Translations under genes and position numbers: made by a program
Notes under the pieces: model-generated
What the model saw: only the letters and a program-made list of their open reading frames with translations
What the model was told of the DNA's origin: nothing
Database searches by the model: none
From: Chrysomallon squamiferum
Lineage: Eukaryota > Animalia > Mollusca
Direction: 5' to 3'
Length of the DNA: 64,000 bases
Assembly (NCBI GenBank): GCA_012295275.1
Contig: CM022669.1
Span: 6,634,001 to 6,698,000, forward strand
Shown here: positions 12,617-25,356 of the stretch, piece after piece
How positions within the stretch are numbered: position 1 is the first letter of the stretch
How the letters are laid out: every line of letters begins with the position of its first letter

Positions 12617-12928
12617 AATAATAATAATAATAATAATAATAGTGATATTAATAGTAGTAGTAGGATGAACGATGTCAGTAGAATTTCTAATAGTAATAAT
12701 AGTAGTAAATGCGGTAATAATAAGTGAAGATTTGATTCAGGTAGAAAAACAAAAAGACAAGGTCAGTGGATCAAGAAAGAAAGAATTATTAAAAGAGAAG
12801 AATGCTGTTGTTGCCACTTAATAAACTAACAATAAGAATAAAAAATAAATATTAATTTATTCGTTCGTTCGTTCGTTCGTATAGTATTTCATCGAGATGA
12901 CTGGTATATTATAATGCATTGTTTTAAG

Positions 12929-13509
12929 TTAAATGTATTCTTTAACTGGTTCGATATTGGAACAGTATCTCTTAGTATATATTGTAGGTCCACCATTACT
13001 GCAAAGACACGTGTTACAACCATTATAAAACGTTTGACCAGGGCGAACACATCGCTTGGTTGTTACGTCAAAACATCCGCAACCTACAAGGAAAAAAACA
13101 AAACATGTTTTATATGCGACTATGTTTGTGTGTAGGTATGTGAGTGTGTGTGTGTGTGTGTACGTGCGCGTGCGTGCGTATGTGTGTGTGTGGGTGTGTA
13201 TGTGTGTGTGTATGTTAGTTCTTTAGTGCTTAATTGCTGGTTTAGATGTTAAAAGATCATTTGGAAAACGATTTTCTTTTAAAAGCTAATCAATAAAATG
13301 TCATTAAAAAGTGATTTTAAAAGAAATCACTTGTTACGATGTAGGTCGTACTGCATTACAGCATTCACAAGACAATAACAAGTTATTCCCCCTACACAAA
13401 CACATAACAGCTGATCACATAATATATTCACATCCATCGTTCAAAAATAATATAGGTATTAATAGACATACGCAGATGTCTAAATATTCAACCTTCGCCG
13501 ATATACAAA

Positions 13510-13552
<43 letters not shown>

Positions 13553-13730
13553 ATGAATACTTACGAATTGGTGGACAGTCCTTTTTAGTACACGATATTT
13601 TGCCGTTGTAGCACATGCAAGTGTTGCAACCGTCGACGTGAGTGAATGTTTCTTTGTGTTTGTAATAGCGATGTTTAGCAGCATAGTAACAACCTCGAGG
13701 TCCTGTTAGTAAGTAAGTAAGTAAGTAAGT

Positions 13731-13802
<72 letters not shown>

Positions 13803-13899
13803 TTTCATCATCATAAATAAATAATAAATAAATAAATGAATAAATGAAATACCAATGGAAGTCCTTTTTTTTCATAAATGAATAAATAAATGAAATAAA

Positions 13900-13940
<41 letters not shown>

Positions 13941-14316
13941 GATTGGTGGACAGGCCTTTTTGGTACACGATATTTTGCCGTTGTAGCACGTACAAGTGTT
14001 GCAACCGTCGACGTGAGTGAATGTTTCTTGGCGTTTGTAATAGCGATTTTTAGCAGCATCGTAACAACGTCGAGATTCTATAAGTAAGTAAGTAAGTTAG
14101 CAAGTATTAATAATAATAATAATAAAAAACAAAACAAAACAAAACAAAAAAAACAACAACCCAGATAGGAGCAGAAAAATAGAAATTTGAAGCATGAAAA
14201 TATGTTTAAAGTTTAACATGGAATGACAAAGAGATGGACAGACAGACAATAAACAATAGTTTACCTGAATAACCGAAGTAAAGAATCACAAACAAAGTAA
14301 ACAGCAAGACCTTCAT
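12929..14316 (-). CDS. Pacifastin-like/half-VWC paralog C, partly decayed
   Basis: Exons 14316-14265 (MKVLLFTLFVILYFGYS), [14077-13944, donor deleted], 13702-13565 (GPRGCYYAAKHRYYKHKETFTHVDGCNTCMCYNGKISCTKKDCPPI) and 13083-12929 (RCGCFDVTTKRCVRPGQTFYNGCNTCLCSNGGPTIYTKRYCSNIEPVKEYI*). In frame if exon 2 is skipped. The terminal module has Cys>Tyr (TGT>TAT). Confidence 0.65.
13944..14077 (-). pseudogene. Module exon of paralog C that lost its splice donor
   Basis: ESRRCYDAAKNRYYKRQETFTHVDGCNTCTCYNGKISCTKKACPP runs straight into atcttattt. The 13 nt TTAGgtaagtatc seen in paralogs A and B are missing. Confidence 0.75.
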
Positions 14317-14395
14317 TATTACACAATTTATACCGTTTTGTATTCGTTATCTCAGGAGTTAACAGTGGATACTGCGCCACTTTGACAACATTGTG

Positions 14396-14492
14396 TTTAT
14401 ATAACCAGGACGTTCCGTGTTTTATTTGAGTAGTTTGTTTCTTCATTGGTTATCACCGTTGACTCTACCGAATCGTGGTGTTGAATGAGTCA
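14396..14492 (-). promoter_or_regulatory. Core promoter of paralog C: TATA box and AP-1 site
   Basis: TATATAAA at 14403-14396 and TGACTCA at 14492-14486, both on minus. Confidence 0.5.
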
Positions 14493-14870
14493 TGAAATCT
14501 ACGTCGACAAATATCCTTCAACCTATAAAACAATTCGGCGGCTTTGTCTCCGGTGTTGCTTGAGGCTTTTTTTTTTTTTTTTTTTTATGTAAAAGAGAAG
14601 CACACACTATATATTATTTATTTATTTGTTTTATTATTTTAATTTTTTATTATTTTTTTTTTTTGGTGGTTTCCGTATTAAAACATTATATCGCGTTAAA
14701 ATTTTCGTGATAATAAATATTTCAAGTTTATGAGAAGCGATGCATTTTAATGAGAATAAAAAAAACAAGACCCCCCCAAAAAAGGGAAAGAGTGGAGAAA
14801 AACAACAACAAAAATAAAAAATAAATAAAATAAATAAATAAATATAAAAATAAAGAATAATAATAATAAC

Positions 14871-14940
<70 letters not shown>

Positions 14941-15394
14941 CAAAGAAAAGAAAAGGAAAAATATGCAGAGTTTTGCTTTAAACGTGTTTACCTGTTCTGT
15001 CTTTGTGTACGATGTGAGGAAATGTTGAGATATTTACATTTAGTATTTGACTTTTCAGAAGATTCAATGAAATGCAGCTGGTGGTTTACATTCATTGAAA
15101 TTCCTTATATTTGTATGTATATGTGCATAGGTATCTGTATGTATGTATGTATGTATGTATGTATGTATATATGTATGTGACTGTGTGTGTGAATATGTGT
15201 GTATGTATGCATGTACGTACGCGCGTATGTATGTACGTGTATGTGCTTGTTTGTTTCTTTTTATGTACGTATGTATGTAAAGAGTTTTTTTTTGTTTTTT
15301 TTGCTACTTCTTTTTGTTGTTATTGTTGTAAATGTATTTTTACATCTGCAGCTTGTCTTCCAGTTACGTTTTTCCTACATTCTACTATTGTTTA

Positions 15395-16184
15395 TTTGCT
15401 ACATTCACTCAGTCTGTCATGGGTTTGCTACATTATACTCTTGTTTATTTGCGAGGTACATTTACTCAGTCTGTCATGGGTTTGTCATGGGTTTGTACAT
15501 TACAGTCTGTCATTGCTACATTATACTCTTGTTTATTTTACAATCAGTACACATTTACGAGGTACATTTACTCAGTCTGTCATGGGTTTGCTACATTGTT
15601 TTTATTAGCAATGTACATTCACTCAGTCTGTCATGGGTTTGCTTTTGTTTATTTTTATTCAATGTACATTCTACTCTTGTTTATTTACGTTCAGTCTGTC
15701 ATGGGTTTTACATTATACATTGTTTATTTAGCAATGTACATTTACTCAGTCTGTCATGGGGGTTTGCTACTTTTCAGTTTCATTTACAACTCTTGTTTAA
15801 TATTTACTCAGTCTGTCATGGTTTGCTACTACATTGTTTTTAATCAGTCTAATGGGTTTGTACATTATACTCTTGTTTATTTCAGTGTATCATGGGGTTT
15901 GCTTTTGTTTATTTTACAGTCTGTCAATGTACATTTTATTAACTCAGTCTGTCATGGATTTGCTACATTTGCTCTTGTTTATTGCAAGGTACATTATTTT
16001 CATTAATTTACTAGTTTATCTTGTTTATTTTCAGTGTACATTTTCATTCAATCAGTCTGTCATGGGTTTGCTACATTCTACTCTTGTTTACATATATTCT
16101 ATCTATCTGTCATGCTACATTGTGCTTTTGTATACATTATCAGTCTGTCATGGGTTTGCTACATTCTATGTATATGTCTGTCAT

Positions 16185-16248
<64 letters not shown>

Positions 16249-16320
16249 CTCAGTCTGTCATGGATTTGCTACTTTGTGCTCTTGTTCTTTTTTCAATGTA
16301 CAATAGATGAAGTCATGGAT
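15395..16320. repeat. Irregular minisatellite with core CAGTCTGTCATGGGTTTGCTACATT
   Basis: Roughly 17 exact or degenerate core copies at irregular spacing, mostly about 35-75 nt. The spacers are shuffled variants of tactcttgtttattt and gtacatttact. Confidence 0.85.
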
Positions 16321-16884
16321 TTCTCATTGGATTAGTTATTCTCATTTTGGGTTGGCTTTTCTTATTTCAATGTACATTATTTTTTCATATTTACTAGTTA
16401 TCTTGTTTATTTTCAGTTTTACTCAATTTAGAGTTTGCTACATATATATCTATTTTCTGATATAGATTTATATATATATACACTCACATATATATCTATA
16501 TCTATATCTATCTATCTATATTATCTATTATCTTATTATTATGTATATATATATACTCATTTGTAGGGATTTTTAATTTTTTCTTGTTCTTTTTCTGTGA
16601 GTTGAGTCATCTCTCATGGATTAGTTACTCATTTTTTTATTTGTTTTTTTTGTATTTTTTTTTATTTATATATTTATTTTTAAGATTTTATTTTATTTTT
16701 TTGCAATTTTAATTATTTCCCTTTGTTATTATTTGTTGTTTAATTTTTCATTATTGATTTCTTCTTTGTTTATTTTTTTTTTATTTCATTTATTTATTTG
16801 TTTTTTTATTATCATTACTTTTTTGCAATGTTTAAGTGTTTGCCTTTGTTATTATATATTTATATATATACATCATTTTATAAA

Positions 16885-16888
<4 letters not shown>

Positions 16889-16966
<78 letters not shown>
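16889..16966. repeat. (AG)n microsatellite
   Basis: Perfect dinucleotide run. It is representative of many (AG/CT)n, (AAT)n, (AAC)n, (AT)n, (AC)n, (AAAT)n and (TACA)n tracts across the window. Confidence 0.95.
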
Positions 16967-16968
<2 letters not shown>

Positions 16969-19143
16969 AAACATAAGCAAAAAGAAAACTATATCACTGA
17001 TCAAATACTTCGCTTATTTTCCTAATCATGGTTTAAATTATTATTATCTGTTATTTTCTTTCGTTTTACAACGGCTGTGCTCGGTGTATCGCGTGCTCGC
17101 TCTATTCTGCTGAAGGAGTCTCTATGCCACTGACACAGTTACATGCATGTATTGCAGAGATATGAGGTCACTTTGATATCGGAACACCAGGATGTAACAG
17201 ATATTCCAGTTTGGTGTAAAGAACAAGGTCAAATTTCAGTGGCATTCCAAAACGATATAAAACAGTTGTTGACAAACGCTGATGAATAATTTCAACATCC
17301 CAGGAACTTGCCGAAAAAAAAAAAATTAAAAATAAAAATAAAAATAAAAAATAAAATATTTTTACGACACACGCAATAATTGTTTAGTAGTAAAGTTTTG
17401 GCGATAGATTTATGCACAATTTAAGATATATTATAATTATTCAACTATGATATTTCTACCTGAGTTGAAACAAATAATTAATAGTTGTTGAATGTAAAGG
17501 ATGCACAAGCAACACATGATAAATGTCAGTGGTAGGGGTATGACAGAAAAAAAAAAAAAAAAAAAAAAAAAAACAAGACTCAGCTCAGCGTTTCAAACCT
17601 GTCTTTCTGTCTGGATCGTTTTATTTGATTTGCAAATTCTTAATGTCTTAAAGTGCAGTTAGCATTTTTTGCTGCTTCAGTTAAGAAGATTTAAATATTT
17701 AATATATAGTTATATATGTATAATGTATGTGTGCTTGTGGGCGTGTGTGCGTGTGCGTGTGTGTGTGTGAAGCAGCAAATGTCTCACATGTCTCTGAATG
17801 TCCATGCAGAAATTATAAATGAATAATAAATATAAATTAAACGATTATATAAAATATATAAGCGTAAATAATAAAAGTTTATTAGTTCAGACTATACATC
17901 ATTTATCATTATTTATCTGTTTCATTTATTTATTTAATTTAATTTATTATAGATATATATATATGGTCAGAATGATGTCATCTTAAATTAAATGCGACGA
18001 CAATAAATAAATAAATAAATAAATAAGTAAATAAATAAATAAATATATAAATAAATAAATACCTGAAAACTTATATAAATTACGGAAAGTTTTATGTTAT
18101 AAATCAAAAAGGTAAATTTGAAAAAATATAAGCACATTTTAGAAAGATAGACGGACGAGAGAAATATTTAGTAATCTAGTTCACAGGTCACGATGTCTTT
18201 TTCTTAATTAACTAATCATAATTATGTTTGTTTTAATATATTTTCATTTTCCCGAAAGATAATTATGTATGTTTTGGGCGGCGTAATAAAGAAAAACAAA
18301 GAGACATAATAAATCATTAAAGCATGTTAAGAGAACCAGACAAATATTTTATTAAGACTAATGAATTTAGAAATACTTGCTGACGTTCGCTCATTTTCCC
18401 AGAATACTGGATCACACGCCTACCTTTCTTAATACAGTTAATCCGCTTATTTCGCCGTTTTATTACAACTTCACTCATCATATATCACAGCAAGTGTCTT
18501 CTTTCAGCGTAACCACGATTTTAACATTTAGACTTGAAATTTGGTGTTTTGAATGTTGTGAAAAAATCATATTGAAAATTTTTTTTTTATTATCCTTTAT
18601 AACGGTATTCAGTAATTCGTATCGATATAGTATTTTTGAGGTCTGTCTTTCAGGTTAATGTTTTATGAAATGTGTATTTGATTCGGAGTTTGTGATGCTT
18701 AAATAGGAAAAAAAATATATATAATTTTTATTTGCTCAACTGCAAAATTATAAGAAACCACAAACACTTATACGCGCGCACAAACACATAAATATTTTCA
18801 AAAAAATAAAAATAAAAATAAATAAAATAATAACAAGAATAACAAAAATAAAATAAAATATAAAAAAGTAAAATATAATTTTAAAAAGATGGTCCTCTAA
18901 AGTCAAATAACAACAACAAAAACATCACTCAGAAACGCCGTCAATGTCATTAAGGTCGCATTATTAAAGGAAACAACAACAACAGCAACAAGAAGGAAAA
19001 GCATCCAGAGATTCCAGTTGAAGAGAGTCGACTGTAGAAGTTAACTCGTTTTGTTCTTATGTAACATTTATAACTGTTTTATTTAATTTATTTACTTATG
19101 CATTTTATTTAGTATAATTTATCTTTTTTCCCCATGTCTGCAC

Positions 19144-19150
19144 TATAAAA
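19144..19150 (+). promoter_or_regulatory. TATA box of lysozyme copy 1 (equivalents at 22861, 27135, 34800)
   Basis: TATAAAA 38-45 nt upstream of the ATG in copies 1, 2, 3 and 5; absent at the homologous position in copy 4. Confidence 0.6.
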
Positions 19151-19181
19151 AGAGAAAATTTTCTTAACAAGGGAAACAAAC

Positions 19182-20813
19182 ATGATTTGTTTAGCATTTC
19201 TTCTCCTACTTCTTCCTTCAGTTCTCGGAGGTAAGTATATTTACATATTTTCTTTTCTATTTTCGTCTCATGTTATCTGCAGTTTTTTTTATTGTAGGTA
19301 TATATGTATGTGTATGTGCATGTGTCTGAATATATGTATGAATGCATTATGTATGTATTTATGTATGAAATGTATGTGTATAGTTAGTTATCTTATTCTC
19401 TGTTTTTTTCAGATGAAAGTTTCTAATCATTCATATTAAAATGACAGTTTTCTAATAATTCATTTTCAACGCAGTCTTCTTGTAATTTTTCTTTTCATTT
19501 CTTTTTCTTTCAGGCATTTCTCAACAATGCCTAGATTGTATATGTCGGGTACGTACTTATCTCTTCAGTTAAATAAATAAATAAATAAATACAACACTAC
19601 ATTTCGATTTATAAACTTTTCTTGAAGAATTGTTTTCGTAAATTAATCAGTAAATTTCTTTTTTTCTTTTGCTATTCTAGCAAGAGTCTGGATGCCGGCC
19701 GCTTGACTGTAGAATGGACGGGGGCTCGCTGTCTTGTGGCTATTTCCAAATTAAAAAGAATTACTGGATAGACTGCGGGATGCCAGGGAGTGGTTAGTCT
19801 GAAATATTTCTTAATAACTGTAAAAGTTGTAAATTATAAAATATTACTGTTGCTCAGTCCTATTTCTTTCTCTGAATATATACAATTCTTTTTTTTATGA
19901 GATAGGCCTCTAAGTTTGAACCAGTCAAAAGTAAGTTTCCTTCGAGTCAGAAACAATTGTCAACACACAAAAACCATTGGTACCTATTTATAAGTGTTAA
20001 ATGAAGCTGTTTTTGATTGCTTCAGAATGTAAGTTAATGGCTGCGAGATACACACTGTTCAAAATCAAAGCGCAGTGAAAAAACGAGTGTAGTGAGCTGA
20101 GTAACTAAGGAATAGCAAGTATGGCAAATCTTGACTAGAAGGTCGGATTATGATCTTCAGAAGCCTGATGAACTTAAAGATTTGTGTATCAAAGCATGTA
20201 ATTTTTCAACATAGCACAAGGGCGCAGTTTCAGTACTTTTCCGTAGATACACCCTTGCTTATCGTTACTGTCATATGTGACTTTTGGCGAACATTTTGTG
20301 CGTTCACCCTATATAGTCTATCTATATGTCTTCGTTCTATCTCTGGAAGGAAAAGAAAAGCACTAATACTAAATACTAATACTACTAATAATAATAACAA
20401 CTACAACAACAACAGCAACAACAATAATAATAATAGCGTAACTAAATAAATAAATATCCAAAAAGAAATAGATACAAGTATATGAAAAATAACTATACAA
20501 AGACTGTTAGAAAAATGATTACTATCAGATAATGAAAACTATTTCTTGGCGCTTGAACGGTGAATCAGTTCTGTTATTATCCATGTTACAATTATTTGTA
20601 GGTTGGAAAAGCTGTTCCAAGGACAAAAGCTGCTCTGAGCGTTGTGTTCGAGCGTACATGAGGAACTATGGACCAAGTTGTACAAATAATGGTACACCGA
20701 CGTGTGAAGATTACGCTAGAATTCACAACGGAGGACCAACAGGATGCAAGAAATCGTCCACACTTGCTTACTGGAGAGCGATACAGCGTCAAGGTTGTAC
20801 AACAAACTCCTAA
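19182..20813 (+). CDS. i-type (invertebrate/destabilase) lysozyme, copy 1 (135 aa)
   Basis: Exons 19182-19230, 19514-19548, 19681-19792 and 20602-20813, all GT-AG. MICLAFLLLLLPSVLG-GISQQCLDCICRQESGCRPLDCRMDGGSLSCGYFQIKKNYWIDCG...CEDYARIHNGGPTGC. It has the family motifs CLxCIC-ES, SCGxFQI, YWxDC and HNGGP, with catalytic Glu and Asp present. AATAAA at 20935. Confidence 0.95.
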
Positions 20814-22898
20814 CAGAAACAGCAATAATAACAACAGATACAAAAAGAAAGAACCAAATATAACGTTCTTCTTCTTTATTTTTTTTTTCTTCTCCCAGTA
20901 ACGATACGCTTGTTCATACTTGATCTTTCTACAGAATAAAATATTGAAAATGTGTTTTAATGTTTTATTACTTCACTTTGACATCTAATGTGTCATGTCA
21001 CGTGCTCTGAATGTCGGTTTAGCAGACAGGAGAATGGCCAGAGCTGAAGACGTGACGTCACTGACATAGCTACATCCGTGTACTGTAGTGATATTAGATC
21101 ATGTTGATATCCGAGCAGTAGGATGTAACAGAAAAATAGTTCAGAGAGGAAAGAAGAAGAAGAAAAAAAATAAAATAAAAATAAAGGAGAGAGAAAAAGA
21201 AGACGAAGACAAAGACACACACACACACAAATAAAAAATAATACTAATAAAATAAAATAAACAACAACAAAAAACAAAAAATAAAAAAAATAAAAAATCA
21301 ATAAATAAAAGAATGAAAATCTTTTTCTCACTACAATTATTTTTATTATAATCGTCATCATTATTGTTGTTATTGTTAAAGGAGTTTGTGCAGGAGTTTT
21401 TGTTAGATTAATATTCGCTGACGATGCATGAATAGCTGAATGAATAAATAAACAGATGAGTACAAATACAGTAAGTTCCTTATAGACATTTACTGATTCC
21501 AAACGGAAATGAGTGAAATTGTATTTTTTTTTTAGTACAGAAGACAATCTATGTTTATATGAATCTTACTTACGTTTAACGTACAATTCTTATAATATGA
21601 ACGAAATATTGCTGCTGCCGTTAAACAGGTTCTTCTCTATTATTAAATGACATTGAATATTTCATATGCACTTTTCCACAGATTCAAAAAATAAAAAAAT
21701 AAATAAAAAAATAAAAAAATAAATAAACAAGTAAAATAAATAAATAAATAAATAAACAAGTAAATAAATAAATAAATATCTGAAAACTTATATAAATTAT
21801 AGAAAGTTTTATGTTACAAATTAAAAAGGTAAATTTGAAGAAATATAAGCACGTTTTAGAAAGTTAAACGGACGACAGAAATATTTAGTAATCTAGTTCA
21901 CAGGTCACGATGTCTTTTTCTTAATTAATTGATCATAATTATGTTTATTTTAATATATTTTCATTTTCCCGAAAGATAATTATGTATGTTTTGGGCGGCG
22001 TAATAAAGAAAAACGAAGAGACATAATAAATCATTAAAGCATGTTAAGAGAACCAGACAAATATTTTATTAAGACTAATGAATTTAGAAATACTTGTTGA
22101 CGTTCGCTCATTTTCCCAGAATACTGGATCACACGCCTACCTTTCTTAATACAGTTAATCCGCTTATTTCGCCGTTTTATTACAACTTCACTCATCATAT
22201 ACCACAGCAAGTGTCTTCTTTCAGCGTAACCACGATTTTAACATTTAAACTTTGAAATTTGGTGTTATGAATGTTGTGAAAAAATCATATTGAATTTTTT
22301 TTTATTATCCTCTATAACGGTATTCAGTAATTCGTATCGTTATAGTATTTTTGAGGTCTGTCTTTCAGGTTAATGTTTTATGAAATGTGTATTTGATTCG
22401 GAGTTTGTGATGCTTAAATAGGAAAAAAATATATATATAATTTTTATTTGCTCAACTGCAAAATTATAAGAAACCTCAAACACTTATACGCGCGCACAAA
22501 CACATAAATATTTTCAAAAAAAAAAAAAAAAAAATAAAATAAAATAATAACAACAATAACAAAAATAAAATAAAATATAAAAAAGTAAAATATAATTTTA
22601 AAAAGATGGTCCTCTAAAGTCAAACAACAACAACAAAAACAACAATCAGAAACGCCATCAATATCATTACGGTCGCATTATTAAAGGAAACAACAACAAC
22701 AGCAACAAGAAGGAAAAGCATCCAGAGATTCCAATTGAAGAGAGTCGACTGTAGAACTGAACTTGTTTTGTTCTTACGTAACATTTATCACTGTTTTATT
22801 TAATTTATTTATTTATGCATTTTGTTTAGATTAATTTATCTTTCTCCCCCCTGTCTGCACTATAAAAAGAGAAGATTTTCTTAACAAGGGAAACAAAC

Positions 22899-24117
22899 AT
22901 GATTTGTTTAGCATTTCTTCTCCTACTTCTTCCTTCAGTTCTCGGAGGTAAGTATATTTACATATTTTCTTTTCTATTTTCGTTTAATATTATCTGCAGT
23001 TTTTTAATGTAGGTATATATATATATAGTGTACGTGCGTGTGTCTGAATTATATATGCATTATGTATGTGTGTATGTGAGCATCTGTTTACGTATGTATG
23101 TATACATTTATGTATGAAATGTATGTATATATTTATTTATCTTATTCTTTTTTTTTTTCAGATGAAAGTTTCTAATCATTCATATTAAAATGACAGTTTT
23201 CTAATAATTCATTTTCAACGCAGTCTTCTTGTCAATTTTATTTTCATTTCATTTTCTTTCAGGCATTTCTCAACAATGCCTAGATTGTATATGTCGGGTA
23301 CGTATTTATCTCTTCAAATAAATAAATAAATAAATACAACACTACATTTCGATTTATAAACTTTTCTTGAAGAACTGTTTTCAATAATTTATCAGTAAAT
23401 TTCAATTTTTATTTGCTATTCTAGCAAGAGTCTGGTGGATGCCGGCCGCTTGACTGTAGAATGGACGGGGGTTCGCTGTCTTGTGGCTATTTCCAAATTA
23501 AAAATGATTACTGGATAGACTGCGGGATGCCAGGGAGTGGTAAGTCTGAAATATTTCTTAATAACTGTAAAAGTTGTAAATTATAAAATATTACTGTTGC
23601 TCAGTCCTATTTCTTTCTCTGAATATATACAATTCTTTTTTTTTTTATGAGATAGGCCTCTAAGTTTGAACCAGTCAAAAGTAATTGTTTATAAGTGTTA
23701 AGTGACGCTGTTTTTGATTGCTTCCAGAATGTAAGTTAATGGCTGCGAGATACACACTGTTCAAAATCAAAGCGCAGTGAAAAAAACGAGTATAGTGAGC
23801 TGAGTAACTAAGGAATTGCAAGTATGGCAAATCTTGACTATAAGACCGGATTATGATCTTTAGAAGCCTTATGAACTTAAAAGATTTGTATGTTTAATCA
23901 TGTAATTGTTCCCCCTCTTTATGAAATCTGGTTCATTTTTCATCATTTTGCAACATAGAACAGGGGCGCAGTTTCAATACTTTCCGTAGATATTCCCTTG
24001 GTAATCGTTAATGTCAGACGTGACATTTGGTGAACATCGGCTAAAAAGTTTGTGCATTCAGCTTATAGAGTTTAGCTATATGTCTTCGTCCTATCTCTGG
24101 AAGGAAAACAATAACAC

Positions 24118-24183
<66 letters not shown>

Positions 24184-24597
24184 CAACAACAACAACAACA
24201 ACAACAATAATAATTATAGCGTAACTAAATTAATAAATCTCTAAAAAGAAATAGATACATGTATATGAAAAATAACTATACAAAGACTGAAAGGAAGATG
24301 ATTATTATTAGATAATGAAAAACTATTTCTGGTCGCTTGAACGGTGAATCAGTTCTGTTATCATCCATGTTACAATTATTTGTAGGTTGGAAAAGCTGTT
24401 CTAAGAACAAAAGCTGCTCTGAGCGTTGTGTTCGAGCGTACATGAGGAGCAATGGACGACGTTGTACTGGTGGGAGTACACCAACGTGTGAAGATTACGC
24501 TAGAATTCACAACGGAGGACCACGAGGATGCAAGAAATCGTCCACACTTGTTTACTGGCGAGCGATACAGCGTCAAGGTTGTACCACAAACTCCTAA
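22899..24597 (+). CDS. i-type lysozyme, copy 2 (136 aa)
   Basis: Exons 22899-22947, 23263-23297, 23425-23539 and 24386-24597. QESGGCRPLDCRMDGGSLSCGYFQIKNDYWIDCG...IHNGGPRGC; in frame. Confidence 0.95.
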
Positions 24598-24979
24598 CAG
24601 AAACAACAACAATAACAACAGATACAAAAAAAAAAAAGAGAACAAAATATAACGTTCTTCTTCTTTATTTTTTTTTCTTCTCCCAGTAACAATACGCTTA
24701 TTCATACTTGATCTTTCTAAAGAATAAATAATTGAAAATGTGTTTTAATGTTTTATTATTTCATATATTTATTATTATTATTATTATTATGCTTTAAATA
24801 TCGTCTCTGTTCTGAATTAAAGTGAAAATGTTTTCCGCTCTTTAAGACTTTACTTGTCAGATGCGAAACTTGCAAATGAAATAAAACTTTACAAAGACAA
24901 GTTTACTAAGACTGGTGTACTACTCTGGGGTTGGAGGTGAAAGGTGTGGTAAAAATATTTCTTTGAAGTATCGTGAAAA

Positions 24980-25023
<44 letters not shown>

Positions 25024-25090
25024 ATAATAATAAAAAAATAAAACGATCCAGATAAACTAGAAAAACAGATAGGTAGGTCATTAAAGAGAT

Positions 25091-25356
25091 GGGACTTTCC
25101 TACTTGTTTTGAAAGTTTAGTTTATCTTTTAATTATCTCAACATAAGAATTTCAATCAAACCGCCGTTAACCACGGGGCGTCCCTCGCCTGTCACAAAAT
25201 GTGTAGTTGCTGATGTCTGCAACCGGACGTCTTCGTAATATATACAACAGCTGTAGGATAATGAATGTCGCAAACAGCATCTAATGTGTCATGTCCCGTG
25301 CTCTGAATGTCGTTTTAGCAGACAGGAGAATGGCCAGAGCTGAAGACGTGACGTCA
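25091..25356 (+). promoter_or_regulatory. Consensus NF-kB site plus CRE palindrome in lysozyme spacer 2-3
   Basis: GGGACTTTCC at 25091-25100 and TGACGTCA at 25349-25356. Confidence 0.45.

Noticed and set aside
1-15100. One giant kielin/chordin-like VWC gene spanning the whole block
   Set aside because: Three separate promoter plus signal exons and three stop-containing terminal exons are present, and the modules lack the C-terminal four Cys (CCPxC) of full VWC domains.
15395-16320. CRISPR-like array (constant core of about 25 nt with variable spacers)
   Set aside because: The spacers are shuffled variants of one another with irregular lengths, there are no cas genes, and the context is eukaryotic. 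It is a minisatellite.
15111-16335. Long ORFs of 90-224 aa with repeated SVCHG/QSVMG/LSLSW
   Set aside because: These are translations of the minisatellite, open in all three frames.
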